Origin: Limnohabitans sp. | GTDB lineage: Bacteria > Pseudomonadota > Gammaproteobacteria > Burkholderiales > Burkholderiaceae_C | Reading direction: 5' to 3' | DNA: 64,000 nt | Assembly: GCF_040401135.1 (NCBI RefSeq) | Contig: NZ_JBBAOV010000005.1 | Span: 12,800 to 76,799, forward strand | Shown here: positions 1 through 10,287 of the stretch, piece by piece | Position numbering within the stretch: position 1 is the stretch's first letter | Layout: the number at the start of each line of letters is the position of its first letter | Notes under the pieces: generated by a model | Database searches by the model: none | The model's input: only the letters and a program-made list of their open reading frames with translations | What the model was told of the DNA's origin: nothing | Position numbers and translations under genes: made by a program

Positions 1-1209
1 ATCTGGACTTTTGCCGCTGATGCTGTCTGCCAACACGCGCGCGCTGCCGCAGGCCAAGGCCCAGCCACTGGCACCATGACCTAAATTGAGCCACACGCCA
101 GATACCCCGCTAACGCCCACTAGGGGTGGGCCATCTGGCAGCATGGGGCGTGAGCCTTTCCACACCTGTACGTTGTCTTGCGTGCGCGCAGCGCCCGGAA
201 ACCAGTTGTCGAGCAAGCGGTACAGCGTTTTGATGCTGGCCGGGTCGTGGCGTTTGGCGTCTCCACCCATCTCTGAGCCGCCCGATACGCGCACGCGCAT
301 ACCCAGCCGACTGATGGCCACTTTGTAATGCTCATCAATGATGCCGCTCCGAGGCGCATCCAGTGGTTCTCGCACGGCGGCGCTGATGGTGTAACCATGC
401 ACGGCAGCAATTGGAATACGCAGCCCCAAAGGGCGCAGCAGTTGCGAGCTGGCAAGACCTGCACATACCACCACCGCGTCAAATGTTTCGCCCATGTTGT
501 GTTGAGCGGTGCAAACGGTTTTAGGTTGGGCTTTGGTAAGGGGCAGCACAACCGTGTTGAAGTGAAATTTCACACCCAAAGCTTCCGCTTCGCTTTTGAG
601 CAGCAGTGTGAATTGGCGACAGTTGCTGACCTCGTCATCGGGGAAGTGAATGGCTTGCGCAAACGCGGTATCTGGGTTTAGTGCGGGCTCAATAACGCGG
701 GCTTCTTCTTGCGTCAATTTTTTGAAACTCAAGCCAGCATCACGCATCACTTGCAAACTATCTTGCATGAGTTGTACGTCACGTTCGGAGCGCAATAGCA
801 CCATCAAACCCTGGCTGCGTTCGAACTCTAGGTTCAAAGTGTCGGTGAGTGCGCGCATCCGGTGGCTGCTGTATTCAGCCAAGCGCAGCATAATGTTGCG
901 GTTGCGAGCAAATGTATTGCTGTTGCAGGCTTTGCGCATTTGCCACAGCCACTTCCAATCCGCCATGCTGGGGCTAGAAATGCGCAGAGGTGTGTCGCGT
1001 TGCCACAGGTGTGTCAGTACGTGCTTGACCATGCCAGGGCGAGCCCAAGGCGCGGCATAGCCTGCTGAAGCAATGCCCGTGTTGGCGAAACTACCTTCCT
1101 CAGCTGCAGCGCCATGGCGCTCAAAAATGCTGACCCGATGTCCCTGAGCTGCCAATTCATAGGCTGTGGTGATACCAATCACGCCTGCACCAATGACGGC
1201 GATATTCAT
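1..1209 (-). CDS. dadA: FAD-dependent oxidoreductase, D-amino-acid dehydrogenase (DadA)-like; 3' end runs off the window
   Basis: Not in the ORF track because it has no in-window stop. Hand translation of the reverse strand from ATG at 1209 gives MNIAVIGAGVIGITTAYELAAQG (GxGxxG dinucleotide-binding fold). At the window edge it reads WLNLGHGASGWALACGSARVLADSISGKSPD, colinear with the E. coli DadA C-terminal region as I recall it. Confidence 0.75.
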   Translation of the reverse strand, partial: MNIAVIGAGVIGITTAYELAAQGHRVSIFERHGAAAEEGSFANTGIASAGYAAPWARPGMVKHVLTHLWQRDTPLRISSPSMADWKWLWQMRKACNSNTFARNRNIMLRLAEYSSHRMRALTDTLNLEFERSQGLMVLLRSERDVQLMQDSLQVMRDAGLSFKKLTQEEARVIEPALNPDTAFAQAIHFPDDEVSNCRQFTLLLKSEAEALGVKFHFNTVVLPLTKAQPKTVCTAQHNMGETFDAVVVCAGLASSQLLRPLGLRIPIAAVHGYTISAAVREPLDAPRSGIIDEHYKVAISRLGMRVRVSGGSEMGGDAKRHDPASIKTLYRLLDNWFPGAARTQDNVQVWKGSRPMLPDGPPLVGVSGVSGVWLNLGHGASGWALACGSARVLADSISGKSPD

Positions 1210-1262
1210 GGGCTAAACCTTGTGGAAGGCTGCTGTGCGGGGGTAGTGGGCATGTATTGGTG

Positions 1263-1271
1263 TGCTAGAAT
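1263..1271 (+). promoter_or_regulatory. Candidate extended -10 element (TGcTAGAAT) for rpsB
   Basis: TG-n-TAGAAT lies about 155 nt upstream of the rpsB ATG. There is no convincing -35. Pattern only. Confidence 0.3.
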
Positions 1272-1354
1272 CACATAGTTTTTCCGAGGTTGAGGCTTTG
1301 TCTCAAGTTCGGACAAATATCACTCGCAAACCAGTCCAATCAAGGTGTTGCCAA

Positions 1355-1376
1355 AAATTTTCAAGTCTGAAAATTT
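1355..1376 (+). promoter_or_regulatory. Perfect 9-bp stem hairpin in the rpsB 5' leader
   Basis: AAATTTTCA-agtc-TGAAAATTT, about 50 nt upstream of the rpsB start. S2-autoregulated leaders are known in gammaproteobacteria; transferring that role here is inference. Confidence 0.35.
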
Positions 1377-1424
1377 GCGGTGATCATGGACTGAATTTTA
1401 GACCCAACCTTCGGAGTATTTACT

Positions 1425-2165
1425 ATGTCAGTCACTATGCGCGATATGCTGGAAGCCGGCGTCCACTTTGGTCACCAAACTCGCTTCTGGAACCCTAAGA
1501 TGTCACCGTTCATCTTTGGTCACCGCAACAAAATTCACATCATCAACTTGGAAAAATCTTTGCCGATGTTCCAAGACGCCATCAAGTTCGTCAAGCAGTT
1601 GTCTGCGAACCGTGGCACCGTGTTGATGATTGGTACCAAGCGTCAATCCCGCGAAATCGTTGCAGCTGAAGCGCAACGTGCTGGCGTGCCTTATGTCGAC
1701 CAACGTTGGTTGGGCGGCATGTTGACTAACTTCAAAACGGTCAAGACATCCATCAAGCGTTTGAAAGACATGAAAATCCAGCAAGAAGCTGGCTTGGAGA
1801 CCTTGTCTAAAAAAGAGCAACTGATGTTCAAGCGTGAAATGGAAAAGCTTGAAAAAGACATTGGCGGCATTCAAGACATGGCTGTTTTGCCAGATGCGAT
1901 TTTTGTGATCGACGTGGGTTACCACAAAATCGCCATTGCTGAAGCTAAGAAATTGGGCATCCCATTGATTGGCGTGGTGGACTCTAACCACTCACCCGAA
2001 GGTATTGACTACATCATCCCAGGCAATGACGACTCGTCGAAGGCTGTGACTTTGTACGCTCGCGGTGTCGCTGACGCGATCATCGAAGGCCGTGCCAACG
2101 CTACCAACGACTTGGTCAAAGCTGTGACCGAAGGCGACGAAGAGTTCGTTGAAGTCGCTGCTTAA
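1425..2165 (+). CDS. rpsB: 30S ribosomal protein S2
   Basis: 246-aa [29 protein letters not shown] is the canonical uS2 N-terminus. Followed by tsf. Confidence 0.97.
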   Translation: MSVTMRDMLEAGVHFGHQTRFWNPKMSPFIFGHRNKIHIINLEKSLPMFQDAIKFVKQLSANRGTVLMIGTKRQSREIVAAEAQRAGVPYVDQRWLGGMLTNFKTVKTSIKRLKDMKIQQEAGLETLSKKEQLMFKREMEKLEKDIGGIQDMAVLPDAIFVIDVGYHKIAIAEAKKLGIPLIGVVDSNHSPEGIDYIIPGNDDSSKAVTLYARGVADAIIEGRANATNDLVKAVTEGDEEFVEVAA

Positions 2166-2183
2166 TCACGCGGCCCAAACTTG

Positions 2184-2210
2184 AAAAGGGGCTTCTGAAG
2201 CCCCTTTTTC
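2184..2210 (+). terminator. Intrinsic terminator/attenuator between rpsB and tsf
   Basis: GGGGCTT-ctg-AAGCCCC stem flanked by an A-run and followed by TTTTT. Confidence 0.6.
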
Positions 2211-2248
2211 ACAACCAAATTGTTTTGAACTGATGACGGAGAAATTAA

Positions 2249-3142
2249 ATGGCAGCAATTACCGCAAGCATGGTCGCTGAGTTACGCGCAAAAACCGACG
2301 CTCCAATGATGGAGTGCAAGAAAGCTTTGACAGAGGCCGAGGGGGATATGGCCAAGGCAGAAGAGTTGCTTCGCGTTAAGTTGGGCAGCAAAGCTGGCAA
2401 GGCTTCTAGCCGAATCACTGCCGAAGGCGTGGTAACCAGCTTCATTACGGGCAATACGGGCGCCTTGTTGGAAGTGAATTGCGAAACCGACTTTGTGACC
2501 AAGAACGACAGTTTCTTGGCCTTGGCTCAAGCGGCTGCCAAGTTGGTGGCAGAGCACAACCCAGCCTCTATTGATGCCTTGGGCGCTTTGGCTTACGAGC
2601 AAGAGAGTTTTGGTCCAACGCTCGAAGACGTGCGCAAAGGTTTGATCGGCAAGATCGGCGAGAACATGAGTTTCCGTCGCTTCAAGCGTTTTGACGGCGC
2701 ACACAAGCTGGCTTCTTACTTGCACGGCACCCGTATTGGCGTGTTGGTCGAGTTTACCGGCGATGAAACAGCCGCTAAAGATGTCGCTATGCATGTGGCT
2801 GCAATGAAGCCAGTGGCTTTGACCAGTGCCGACGTGCCTGCCGATTTGATCGAAAAAGAGCGTTCAGTCGCTGCAGCCAAAGCGGCTGAGTCTGGCAAGC
2901 CTGCAGACATTGCGACCAAAATGGTGGAAGGCTCTGTGCAAAAGTACCTCAAAGAGGTGTCTTTGTTCAATCAAACTTTTGTGAAGAATGACAAGCAAAG
3001 CGTTGAACAAATGCTCAAGGCTGCTAACACTCAAGTGGCTTCTTTCACCCTTTATGTGGTGGGCGAGGGTATTGAGAAAAAGGTTGACGACTTTGCCGCC
3101 GAAGTGGCCGCTCAAGTCGCTGCCGCTAAACAGTCTGCTTGA
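2249..3142 (+). CDS. tsf: Elongation factor Ts
   Basis: 297-aa [45 protein letters not shown] is the conserved EF-Ts UBA-like N-terminus. Canonical position after rpsB. Confidence 0.97.
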   Translation: MAAITASMVAELRAKTDAPMMECKKALTEAEGDMAKAEELLRVKLGSKAGKASSRITAEGVVTSFITGNTGALLEVNCETDFVTKNDSFLALAQAAAKLVAEHNPASIDALGALAYEQESFGPTLEDVRKGLIGKIGENMSFRRFKRFDGAHKLASYLHGTRIGVLVEFTGDETAAKDVAMHVAAMKPVALTSADVPADLIEKERSVAAAKAAESGKPADIATKMVEGSVQKYLKEVSLFNQTFVKNDKQSVEQMLKAANTQVASFTLYVVGEGIEKKVDDFAAEVAAQVAAAKQSA

Positions 3143-3146
3143 TCAC

Positions 3147-3172
3147 AAAGGGGAGTTCAGGCTCCCCTTTTG
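3147..3172 (+). terminator. Intrinsic terminator after tsf
   Basis: AAAGGGGAG-loop-CTCCCCTTTT hairpin immediately after the tsf stop. Confidence 0.55.
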
Positions 3173-3220
3173 TTATCCCCGTCGTACATCAATTCACCAC
3201 CACACATAAGGAGCCTTTTC

Positions 3221-3943
3221 ATGACCTCATCCAAGCCAGCCTACAAGCGTATCTTGCTCAAGCTGTCCGGAGAGGCCTTGATGGGCGACGATGCGTTTGG
3301 CATCAATCGCGCCACCATCGTTCGCATCGTGGACGAAGTGACTGAGGTCATCAACCTTGGTGTTGAAATAGCCATTGTCATTGGTGGTGGCAACATCTTC
3401 CGCGGTGTCGCGGGTGGCTCTGTCGGCATGGACCGAGCTACAGCTGACTACATGGGCATGTTGGCCACGGTGATGAACTCATTGGCCTTGGCTGATGCCA
3501 TGAACAAGACAGGTTTAACTGCGCGTGTGATGTCAGCCATTGCGATTGACCAAGTGGTTGAGCCCTATGTCCGCCCCAAGGCGTTGCAATACCTTGAAGA
3601 GGGCAAAGTGGTGGTGTTTGCTGCTGGCACAGGTAACCCTTTCTTCACCACTGATACGGCCGCTGCTTTGCGGGGTGCTGAGATAGGCGCTGAGATAGTT
3701 CTCAAAGCCACCAAGGTGGACGGCGTTTACTCTGCCGATCCCAAGAAAGACCCCAACGCCACACGCTACACCGAGCTCAGCTTTGACCAAGCTATTGGCC
3801 AAAATCTAGGCATCATGGACGCAACTGCTTTTGCGTTGTGTCGCGACCAAAAATTACCGATCAAGGTATTCTCTATTTTCAAGAACGGTGCGCTCAAGCG
3901 CGTCGTCATGGGCGAAGACGAAGGTACTTTGGTTTACGCGTAA
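3221..3943 (+). CDS. pyrH: UMP kinase
   Basis: ORF-track 3170 start trimmed to ATG 3221 (AAGGAG 8 nt upstream). [22 protein letters not shown] and [11 protein letters not shown] are typical of PyrH. Confidence 0.95.
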   Translation: MTSSKPAYKRILLKLSGEALMGDDAFGINRATIVRIVDEVTEVINLGVEIAIVIGGGNIFRGVAGGSVGMDRATADYMGMLATVMNSLALADAMNKTGLTARVMSAIAIDQVVEPYVRPKALQYLEEGKVVVFAAGTGNPFFTTDTAAALRGAEIGAEIVLKATKVDGVYSADPKKDPNATRYTELSFDQAIGQNLGIMDATAFALCRDQKLPIKVFSIFKNGALKRVVMGEDEGTLVYA

Positions 3944-3990
3944 TCTCCCCTTTTTTCGAACCTCACACTGCGCTGCCCCAGGAGCTCAAC

Positions 3991-4551
3991 ATGACCATCG
4001 CTGACATCAAGAAAAACACAGAAACCAAAATGGGCCAGTCCATCGCGGCCTTCAGCAACAGTTTGACCAAAATTCGTACGGGCCGTCCTAGCCCCTCATT
4101 GCTGGACACCGTTCAAGTGGACTATTACGGTTCGATGGTGCCAATCAGCCAAGTGGCTAACGTCTCTTTGTTAGACGCGCGCACCCTGAGTGTGCAACCT
4201 TGGGAAAAGCCCATGGGCGCCAAAATTGAAAAAGCCATTCGCGACAGCGATTTGGGTTTAAACCCCTCGTCCATGGGTGAGTTGATTCGCGTGCCAATGC
4301 CTCCGATGTCGGAGGAGCGTCGCAAAGAATTGACCAAAGTGGTTCGTACCGAAGGTGAAAACGCCAAAGTGGCCGTGCGCAATTTGCGCCGTGATGCCAA
4401 TGAGTCGGTGAAAAAGTTGGTCAAAGACAAACTCGCTTCTGAAGACGATCAAAAACGCGCAGAAGCCGACACCCAAAAAGTGACTGACAGTCACATTTCT
4501 GAGATAGACAAGCTCATTGCTGGCAAAGAGCACGAGATCATGTCGGTCTAA
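3991..4551 (+). CDS. frr: Ribosome recycling factor
   Basis: Trimmed to ATG 3991 (AGGAG upstream). The ORF-track extension would overlap pyr[40 protein letters not shown] is Frr-like. Confidence 0.95.
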   Translation: MTIADIKKNTETKMGQSIAAFSNSLTKIRTGRPSPSLLDTVQVDYYGSMVPISQVANVSLLDARTLSVQPWEKPMGAKIEKAIRDSDLGLNPSSMGELIRVPMPPMSEERRKELTKVVRTEGENAKVAVRNLRRDANESVKKLVKDKLASEDDQKRAEADTQKVTDSHISEIDKLIAGKEHEIMSV

Positions 4552-4556
4552 ACCGG

Positions 4557-5393
4557 ATGTTGAAGCAACGCGTCATCACTGCGCTGGTTTTGTTGGCGCT
4601 CTTATTGCCCGCATTGTTGGCGGACACAGCAGAGCCTTTGGCTGGCCTCACGCTTGTTCTCATTGCTGCAGGCGCATGGGAATGGGGGCGTTTGAATGGC
4701 TTTGACATGAGAAGCGCCTTGCGCGTGTCAGCCGTGTGCGTGATGCTGTGTCTTTTTGCTTGGTCTGCACGTTGGGCGTATGAGTCGCCCGCCAATATTT
4801 GGACCATCACAGGGGCGGCTTGGGTTTTCATTGCTGCATGGTTGATTCGCCACGGCATTAGCCGTTGGGTCTTGATTTCGCGCTGGTTGCGTTTGACGGT
4901 GGGCGTGTTGGCTTTGTGGCTGTCTTGGGTTGCCATTTACCAAGCCAAAGTTATCGGTTTAAATTTCTTAATGTCATTGTTGATGTTGGTTTGGGTCGCA
5001 GACGTTGCTGCTTATTTTTCAGGCCGTGCTTTTGGTCGACGCAAACTTGCCCCTGCCATCAGCCCCGGTAAAAGTTGGGAAGGTGTTTGGGGCGCCATGG
5101 TGGGCGTGTTGTTCATGGCCTGTATTTGGATTTGGGTTGACACGCAATTCGCGTTGGATAGTCAAAGTTTGTACACCCTTTTATACATTCGTGGCGCACC
5201 GTTTTTGGTGCTGGCTGTTCTGTTTTTGACCATGATGAGTGTGGCGGGTGACTTGGTCGAATCTTTGGTCAAGCGCAGTGCTGACATGAAAGACAGCAGT
5301 CACTTGTTGCCAGGACATGGCGGTGTGCTGGACCGTGTAGACGCTTTATTGCCCGCCTTGCCCTTGGCCATGATGTTGGTGCAATTCGTATGA
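4557..5393 (+). CDS. cdsA: Phosphatidate cytidylyltransferase
   Basis: 278-aa polytopic ORF. The C-terminal SVAGDLVESLVKRSADMKDSSHLLPGHGGVLDRVD matches the CdsA signature region. Confidence 0.9.
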   Translation: MLKQRVITALVLLALLLPALLADTAEPLAGLTLVLIAAGAWEWGRLNGFDMRSALRVSAVCVMLCLFAWSARWAYESPANIWTITGAAWVFIAAWLIRHGISRWVLISRWLRLTVGVLALWLSWVAIYQAKVIGLNFLMSLLMLVWVADVAAYFSGRAFGRRKLAPAISPGKSWEGVWGAMVGVLFMACIWIWVDTQFALDSQSLYTLLYIRGAPFLVLAVLFLTMMSVAGDLVESLVKRSADMKDSSHLLPGHGGVLDRVDALLPALPLAMMLVQFV

Positions 5394-6589
5394 CTGACAA
5401 GCCACTTCGCATCACAGTACTGGGTTCAACGGGCTCCATTGGCACCAATACCCTGGACGTCATTGCACGTCACCCCGAACGATTTGAACTGTTTGCGCTG
5501 ACTGGTGCCAGCCAAGTGGATTTGATGTTGCGCCAATGCGCTCAGTTCAAACCTCGCTTTGCGGTGATGGTGTCTGAGGATGCTGCAAAACAACTCAAAG
5601 ACAAAATGAAGGCTGAGAGTTTGAGTACCCAAGTGCTTTGCGGCACAGTTGCTTTAGATGAAGTGTCTGCGCATCCAGATGTCGATGTGGTGATGGCCGC
5701 CATCGTGGGCGCTGCAGGTTTATCGCCTTGCTTAGCGGCCGCTCGTGCTGGCAAGCGTTTGCTGTTGGCCAACAAAGAAGCGCTGGTGGTAGGCGCCGAA
5801 GTGTTTTTGGATGCGGTCACACAAGGCGGTTCCACTCTCCTGCCGATTGACAGCGAACATTCGGCTATTTTTCAGTCCTTGCCTGAAGATGTGTCCACTT
5901 GGGACACGCGTGTTGAAAAAATCATCCTCACAGCTTCTGGCGGGCCGTTTCGCACGCGTGAATTGGCCACACTCAAAGACGTCACACCAGAGCAAGCATG
6001 TGCGCATCCCAATTGGGTGATGGGCCGCAAGATTTCGGTGGACTCTGCCACGATGATGAACAAAGCGCTCGAGGTGATTGAAGCGCGATATTTGTTTGGC
6101 TTGCCCCCCGAGCGCTTAGAGGTGGTCATTCACCCACAAAGCATCATCCACTCCATGGTTCAGTACCGTGACACATCGGTGGTGGCGCAGTTAGGTTCGC
6201 CTGACATGCGTGTGCCTATTGCCTATGGCTTGAGCTGGCCTGAACGCATGACATCAGGTGCCCAAGCCTTAGATTTTCATACCTTGTCGGCCATGACCTT
6301 TGAAGCTTTGGATGACCACGGACACCCCGAGCGCTTTGCGGGCATTCACCTAGCGTGGGATGCACTGCGTGGCCCTCGCGGTACAACCGCCGTGCTGAAT
6401 GCGGCCAACGAAATAGCAGTCGCCGCCTTTTTAGAGCGGCGCATTCGCTTTGACCAAATTCATGCTGTGAACCAAAACTGCATGGCACACATGTCACCTG
6501 CTGCACCGAACAGTTTGGACGATTTACTGGCCTTGGATTCACAGGCCCGCGCCGTGGCTGAAGACGCTGTGCGCTTGTTGGCCAAGTAA
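5390..6589 (+). CDS. dxr: 1-deoxy-D-xylulose 5-phosphate reductoisomerase
   Basis: 399 aa. ITVLGSTGSIGTNTLDV NADPH-binding N-terminus and LLPIDSEHSAIFQ motif. ATGA overlap with cdsA. Confidence 0.95.
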   Translation: MTDKPLRITVLGSTGSIGTNTLDVIARHPERFELFALTGASQVDLMLRQCAQFKPRFAVMVSEDAAKQLKDKMKAESLSTQVLCGTVALDEVSAHPDVDVVMAAIVGAAGLSPCLAAARAGKRLLLANKEALVVGAEVFLDAVTQGGSTLLPIDSEHSAIFQSLPEDVSTWDTRVEKIILTASGGPFRTRELATLKDVTPEQACAHPNWVMGRKISVDSATMMNKALEVIEARYLFGLPPERLEVVIHPQSIIHSMVQYRDTSVVAQLGSPDMRVPIAYGLSWPERMTSGAQALDFHTLSAMTFEALDDHGHPERFAGIHLAWDALRGPRGTTAVLNAANEIAVAAFLERRIRFDQIHAVNQNCMAHMSPAAPNSLDDLLALDSQARAVAEDAVRLLAK

Positions 6590-6592
6590 GCC

Positions 6593-7963
6593 ATGACGGT
6601 TCTAGCCTTCTTGCTTGCGCTTGGTGTGCTGATCACCGTGCACGAGTGGGGCCACTACCGCGTGGCGGTGGCGTGTGGTGTGAAAGTGCTGACATTTTCT
6701 ATTGGCTTTGGTAAACCCCTCTTGCGTTGGAAATCCCGTTCGCCGCACGCAGGGCAAGATACCGAGTTTTGCATCAGCCTCATTCCCTTGGGCGGCTACG
6801 TCAAGATGCTCGACGAGCAAGCTGGGGAAGTCTCACCCCAAGATGCGCCCATGGCGTTTAACCGTCAGCCTTTGTGGGCCAGAGCTGCCATTGTGTCGGC
6901 AGGTCCTGTGGCGAATTTACTGTTGGCCATGTGTTTGTACGCCGCCACCTTTTGGGTTGGGCAATACGAAACGAAGGCAACTTTGGCTGCGCCTGTTGCT
7001 GGCTCGATGGCTGAGGTGGCAGGTTTTCGCAGTGGGGACACCGTGCTGAGTGTCGGCTCGTCTGCCGAAGATTTGCAAGAGGTGGCTTCGCTTGATGCTT
7101 TGCGTTGGTGGCTACTGCAGCAAGATGCATCGCCTGTTTATCTTGAGGTGCAGCCACAGGGCAAGCAAAGCTCGCGCATGATGAGTTTGCCTGCCCTTGC
7201 GCCAGGCGCTGAGTCCAAAGATGGCAATGCTTGGCAAGCTTGGGGCTTCACAGGGGCTTGGAGCCGCGCTGTGTTGGGCGAAGTGCAACTTGGGCGGCCC
7301 GCTGATGTGGCAGGCTTGAAGCGGGGTGATGAAGTGCTGCGAATTGATGGTCAAGCGGTGTCTGACGCCAGTGCTTTGCGCGCTGCCGTTCGTGCCAGTG
7401 GTCAGCACCAAGCGCCAGTGATGCAAGCGTGGCTTGTCTCACGAGAGGGACGTTTGATATTCATCGATGTCACACCCGAGCGTGTGGCCGATGGTTCGCA
7501 GTTGATGGGCCGCATTGGTGCTCAAGTTGGCGAGCCCCCAACTAAAGTATGGGTTCAATATGGCGTGTTCGATGGGCTTGGCCAAGCAGCGACCAAGACA
7601 TGGGAGGTCATCGTCATGACCCTTGACATGTTGTGGCGCTTGCTGAGTGGGAATGCGTCGCTTGACAACCTCAGTGGCCCGCTCACCATGGCTGACTATG
7701 CGGGTCGTTCAGCCAGCTTAGGGCTGGGTGCCTATTTAAGTTATCTGGCCTTGGTTAGCGTGGGACTTGGTGTGTTTAATCTGCTGCCATTGCCGATGCT
7801 CGATGGTGGGCACCTGTTGTATTATCTTTACGAATTCTGTACAGGCCATCCTCCTTCGCCCGCATGGCTTGACGCCTTGCAGCGTGCAGGTTTGGCAATC
7901 CTTGTGGCACTGATGGTTTTTTCTCTTTTTAACGATGTGGTTCGCCTGGGTTGGCTTCCATGA
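6593..7963 (+). CDS. rseP: RIP site-2 zinc metalloprotease RseP
   Basis: 456 aa. HEWGH zinc motif at the N-terminus, central PDZ-like region, C-terminal NLLPLPMLDGGH motif. Confidence 0.9.
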   Translation: MTVLAFLLALGVLITVHEWGHYRVAVACGVKVLTFSIGFGKPLLRWKSRSPHAGQDTEFCISLIPLGGYVKMLDEQAGEVSPQDAPMAFNRQPLWARAAIVSAGPVANLLLAMCLYAATFWVGQYETKATLAAPVAGSMAEVAGFRSGDTVLSVGSSAEDLQEVASLDALRWWLLQQDASPVYLEVQPQGKQSSRMMSLPALAPGAESKDGNAWQAWGFTGAWSRAVLGEVQLGRPADVAGLKRGDEVLRIDGQAVSDASALRAAVRASGQHQAPVMQAWLVSREGRLIFIDVTPERVADGSQLMGRIGAQVGEPPTKVWVQYGVFDGLGQAATKTWEVIVMTLDMLWRLLSGNASLDNLSGPLTMADYAGRSASLGLGAYLSYLALVSVGLGVFNLLPLPMLDGGHLLYYLYEFCTGHPPSPAWLDALQRAGLAILVALMVFSLFNDVVRLGWLP

Positions 7964-10287
7964 GTCTTCCTAAACATCCCATGACTATGCAACTTTCACA
8001 ATTCCGTCGCACCACTTTGGCTCAGACTGCTGCCTTCATTGCGGGCACCTTGATGGCTTTCAATGCCATGGCTGCAGACCCTTTCAATGTGCGTGACATT
8101 CGCGTAGAAGGTTTGCAGCGCGTCGAGCCAGGCACTGTGTTTGCCTCTATTCCTTTCCGAGTGGGTGACGACTACACCGACGAAAAAGGCGCCGCTGCTA
8201 TTCGCAGCTTGTTTGCGCTTGGCCTATTTAAAGACGTGCGCATTGAAGTCAATGGCGACGTATTGGTGTTGATCGTTGAAGAGCGCCCCAACATTGCCCA
8301 AGTTGAATTCATAGGTACCAAGGAGTTTGATAAAGATGTGTTGCGCAAAGCTTTGCGTGACATTGGTTTGGCCGAGGGGCGTCCGTTTGACAAAGCCTTG
8401 GCCGACCGAGCTGAGCAAGAGTTGAAGCGTCAGTATGTGAACCGCAGTTTGTATGGCGCAGAAATTATCACCACCATCACACCTGCTGATAGAAACCGCG
8501 TGAATTTGTCTTTCACTGTGGTTGAAGGTGATTTGGCAAAGATCAAAGAAATGCGTGTGGTGGGAAGCAAGGCGTTTAATGAATCCAAACTGTTGGATCA
8601 GTTCGACCAAGGCACTGGCAACTGGCTCAGTTGGTACACCAAGTCAGACCGCTACTCGCGCACCAAACTCAATGCCGATTTAGAAACTTTGCGTGCTTGG
8701 TATTTGGCGCGTGGTTACTTGGAGTTTCGAATTGATTCCACCCAAGTGGCGATTTCCCCTAACAAGCAAGACATTAGCATCACCATCAACGTGACCGAAG
8801 GTGACCGATTTGTGGTGTCTGAAGTCGTGATGGACGGCTACTACTTGGGCAAAGATGATGAATTCAAATCTTTGATTGAAATTCAAGCAGGCAAGGTTTA
8901 CAACGCCGATGAAGTCACGCGCACCACCAAAGCTTTCAATGAGTATTTTGGTAATTTTGGATTTGCCTTTGCGCGAACAGATGTTCGTCCAGAAATTGAC
9001 CGCACCACCAACCGCGTGAAACTGGTGTTAGTGGCCGACCCCGCTCGCCGCGCCTATGTGCGTCGTATCAACATCGTGGGTAATAACCGTACACGCGACC
9101 AGATCGTGCGCCGTGAATTCCGTCAAACTGAATCGTCTTGGTACGACGGCGAAAAAATTCGCTTGTCGCGTGACCGAGTCAACCGTTTGGGGTATTTCAA
9201 AGATGTTGAAGTGGATACGCAAGAAGTTTCTTCATCTCAAGATCAGGTGGATTTGAACGTGAATGTGGTCGAAAAACCCACAGGCATGTTGACCTTGGGC
9301 GCAGGTTTCTCAAGTGCAGAAAAGGTGACGCTGTCGTTTGGAATACAGCAAGACAACGTGTTTGGTTCGGGCCATAACCTAGGCTTGCAGGTCAGCACCA
9401 GCAAGTTCAATCAATACTATGTGGTGAACACCACAGATCCCTATTTCACCGAAGACGGCGTGTCTCGCACATTTGAGTTTTATCACCGATCAAGCAAGCC
9501 TTATGTGGAGCAGGGCGGTAACTACCGCATGATCACATCAGGCTTGGGTTTGCGTTTTGGTATTCCATTCAGCGAGTTAGATCGTGTTTTTGTGGGTACG
9601 GCTGCAGAGCGAACTGAGTTGGTGCCGGGCACCAATATGTTGGGCGTGCATGCCAGGTTATGTCAGCAGTTTGGATGTGTGGCTTCAAACGTGCCTCTGA
9701 CTGCAGGTTGGGCACGTGACAGCCGTGACAGTTACCTAAATCCCAACAATGGCAAATTCATTCGTTTGAACAGCGAGTTAGGGGCTTTTGGCGATGCGCG
9801 TTATGCCAAATTTGGCGGGCAGTACCAGCAGTACATTCCGATTACCAAACAGTACACCTTTGCATTCAATGCTGATTTGGGCATTGGTAAAGGCTTGAAT
9901 GGACAAACCTTGCCGTTTTACAAAAACTACTACTCTGGTGGTCTAGGTTCTGTGCGTGGTTTTGAGCAAGGGACATTGGGCCCGCGAGACATCACGGGCC
10001 CGGTCATCGGCGGAGCCAAAAAGGTAACGGTCAATACTGAATTTCTCCTGCCCTTCCCGGGTGCTGGCAATGATCGATCGCTGCGCCTCTACGGCTTTTA
10101 TGACATGGGCAACGTCTACGGAGAGTTTGAAAAAATTGACATCGCTCAATTGCGTAGTGCTTATGGTGTAGGTTTGAGTTGGGTATCGCCGATGGGCCCC
10201 TTGCGTTTTGCTTGGGCCCGCCCACTGAGGTCATTCCCAGGCGATAGAATCCAACAGTTGCAATTCCAAATCGGGACCTCCTTCTGA
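7960..10287 (+). CDS. bamA: Outer membrane protein assembly factor BamA
   Basis: About 775 aa. Signal sequence ending AMA, then DPFNVRDIRVEGLQRVEPGTVF (first POTRA). C-terminal beta-barrel ending QFQIGTSF. I chose ATG 7960 (ATGA overlap with the rseP stop); 7951, 7981 and 7987 are alternatives. Confidence 0.93.
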   Translation: MSLPKHPMTMQLSQFRRTTLAQTAAFIAGTLMAFNAMAADPFNVRDIRVEGLQRVEPGTVFASIPFRVGDDYTDEKGAAAIRSLFALGLFKDVRIEVNGDVLVLIVEERPNIAQVEFIGTKEFDKDVLRKALRDIGLAEGRPFDKALADRAEQELKRQYVNRSLYGAEIITTITPADRNRVNLSFTVVEGDLAKIKEMRVVGSKAFNESKLLDQFDQGTGNWLSWYTKSDRYSRTKLNADLETLRAWYLARGYLEFRIDSTQVAISPNKQDISITINVTEGDRFVVSEVVMDGYYLGKDDEFKSLIEIQAGKVYNADEVTRTTKAFNEYFGNFGFAFARTDVRPEIDRTTNRVKLVLVADPARRAYVRRINIVGNNRTRDQIVRREFRQTESSWYDGEKIRLSRDRVNRLGYFKDVEVDTQEVSSSQDQVDLNVNVVEKPTGMLTLGAGFSSAEKVTLSFGIQQDNVFGSGHNLGLQVSTSKFNQYYVVNTTDPYFTEDGVSRTFEFYHRSSKPYVEQGGNYRMITSGLGLRFGIPFSELDRVFVGTAAERTELVPGTNMLGVHARLCQQFGCVASNVPLTAGWARDSRDSYLNPNNGKFIRLNSELGAFGDARYAKFGGQYQQYIPITKQYTFAFNADLGIGKGLNGQTLPFYKNYYSGGLGSVRGFEQGTLGPRDITGPVIGGAKKVTVNTEFLLPFPGAGNDRSLRLYGFYDMGNVYGEFEKIDIAQLRSAYGVGLSWVSPMGPLRFAWARPLRSFPGDRIQQLQFQIGTSF

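Noticed and set aside
1262-1498. 78-aa plus-strand ORF covering the rpsB leader
   Set aside because: It overlaps the rpsB start out of frame and lies in a region better explained as a structured 5' UTR.
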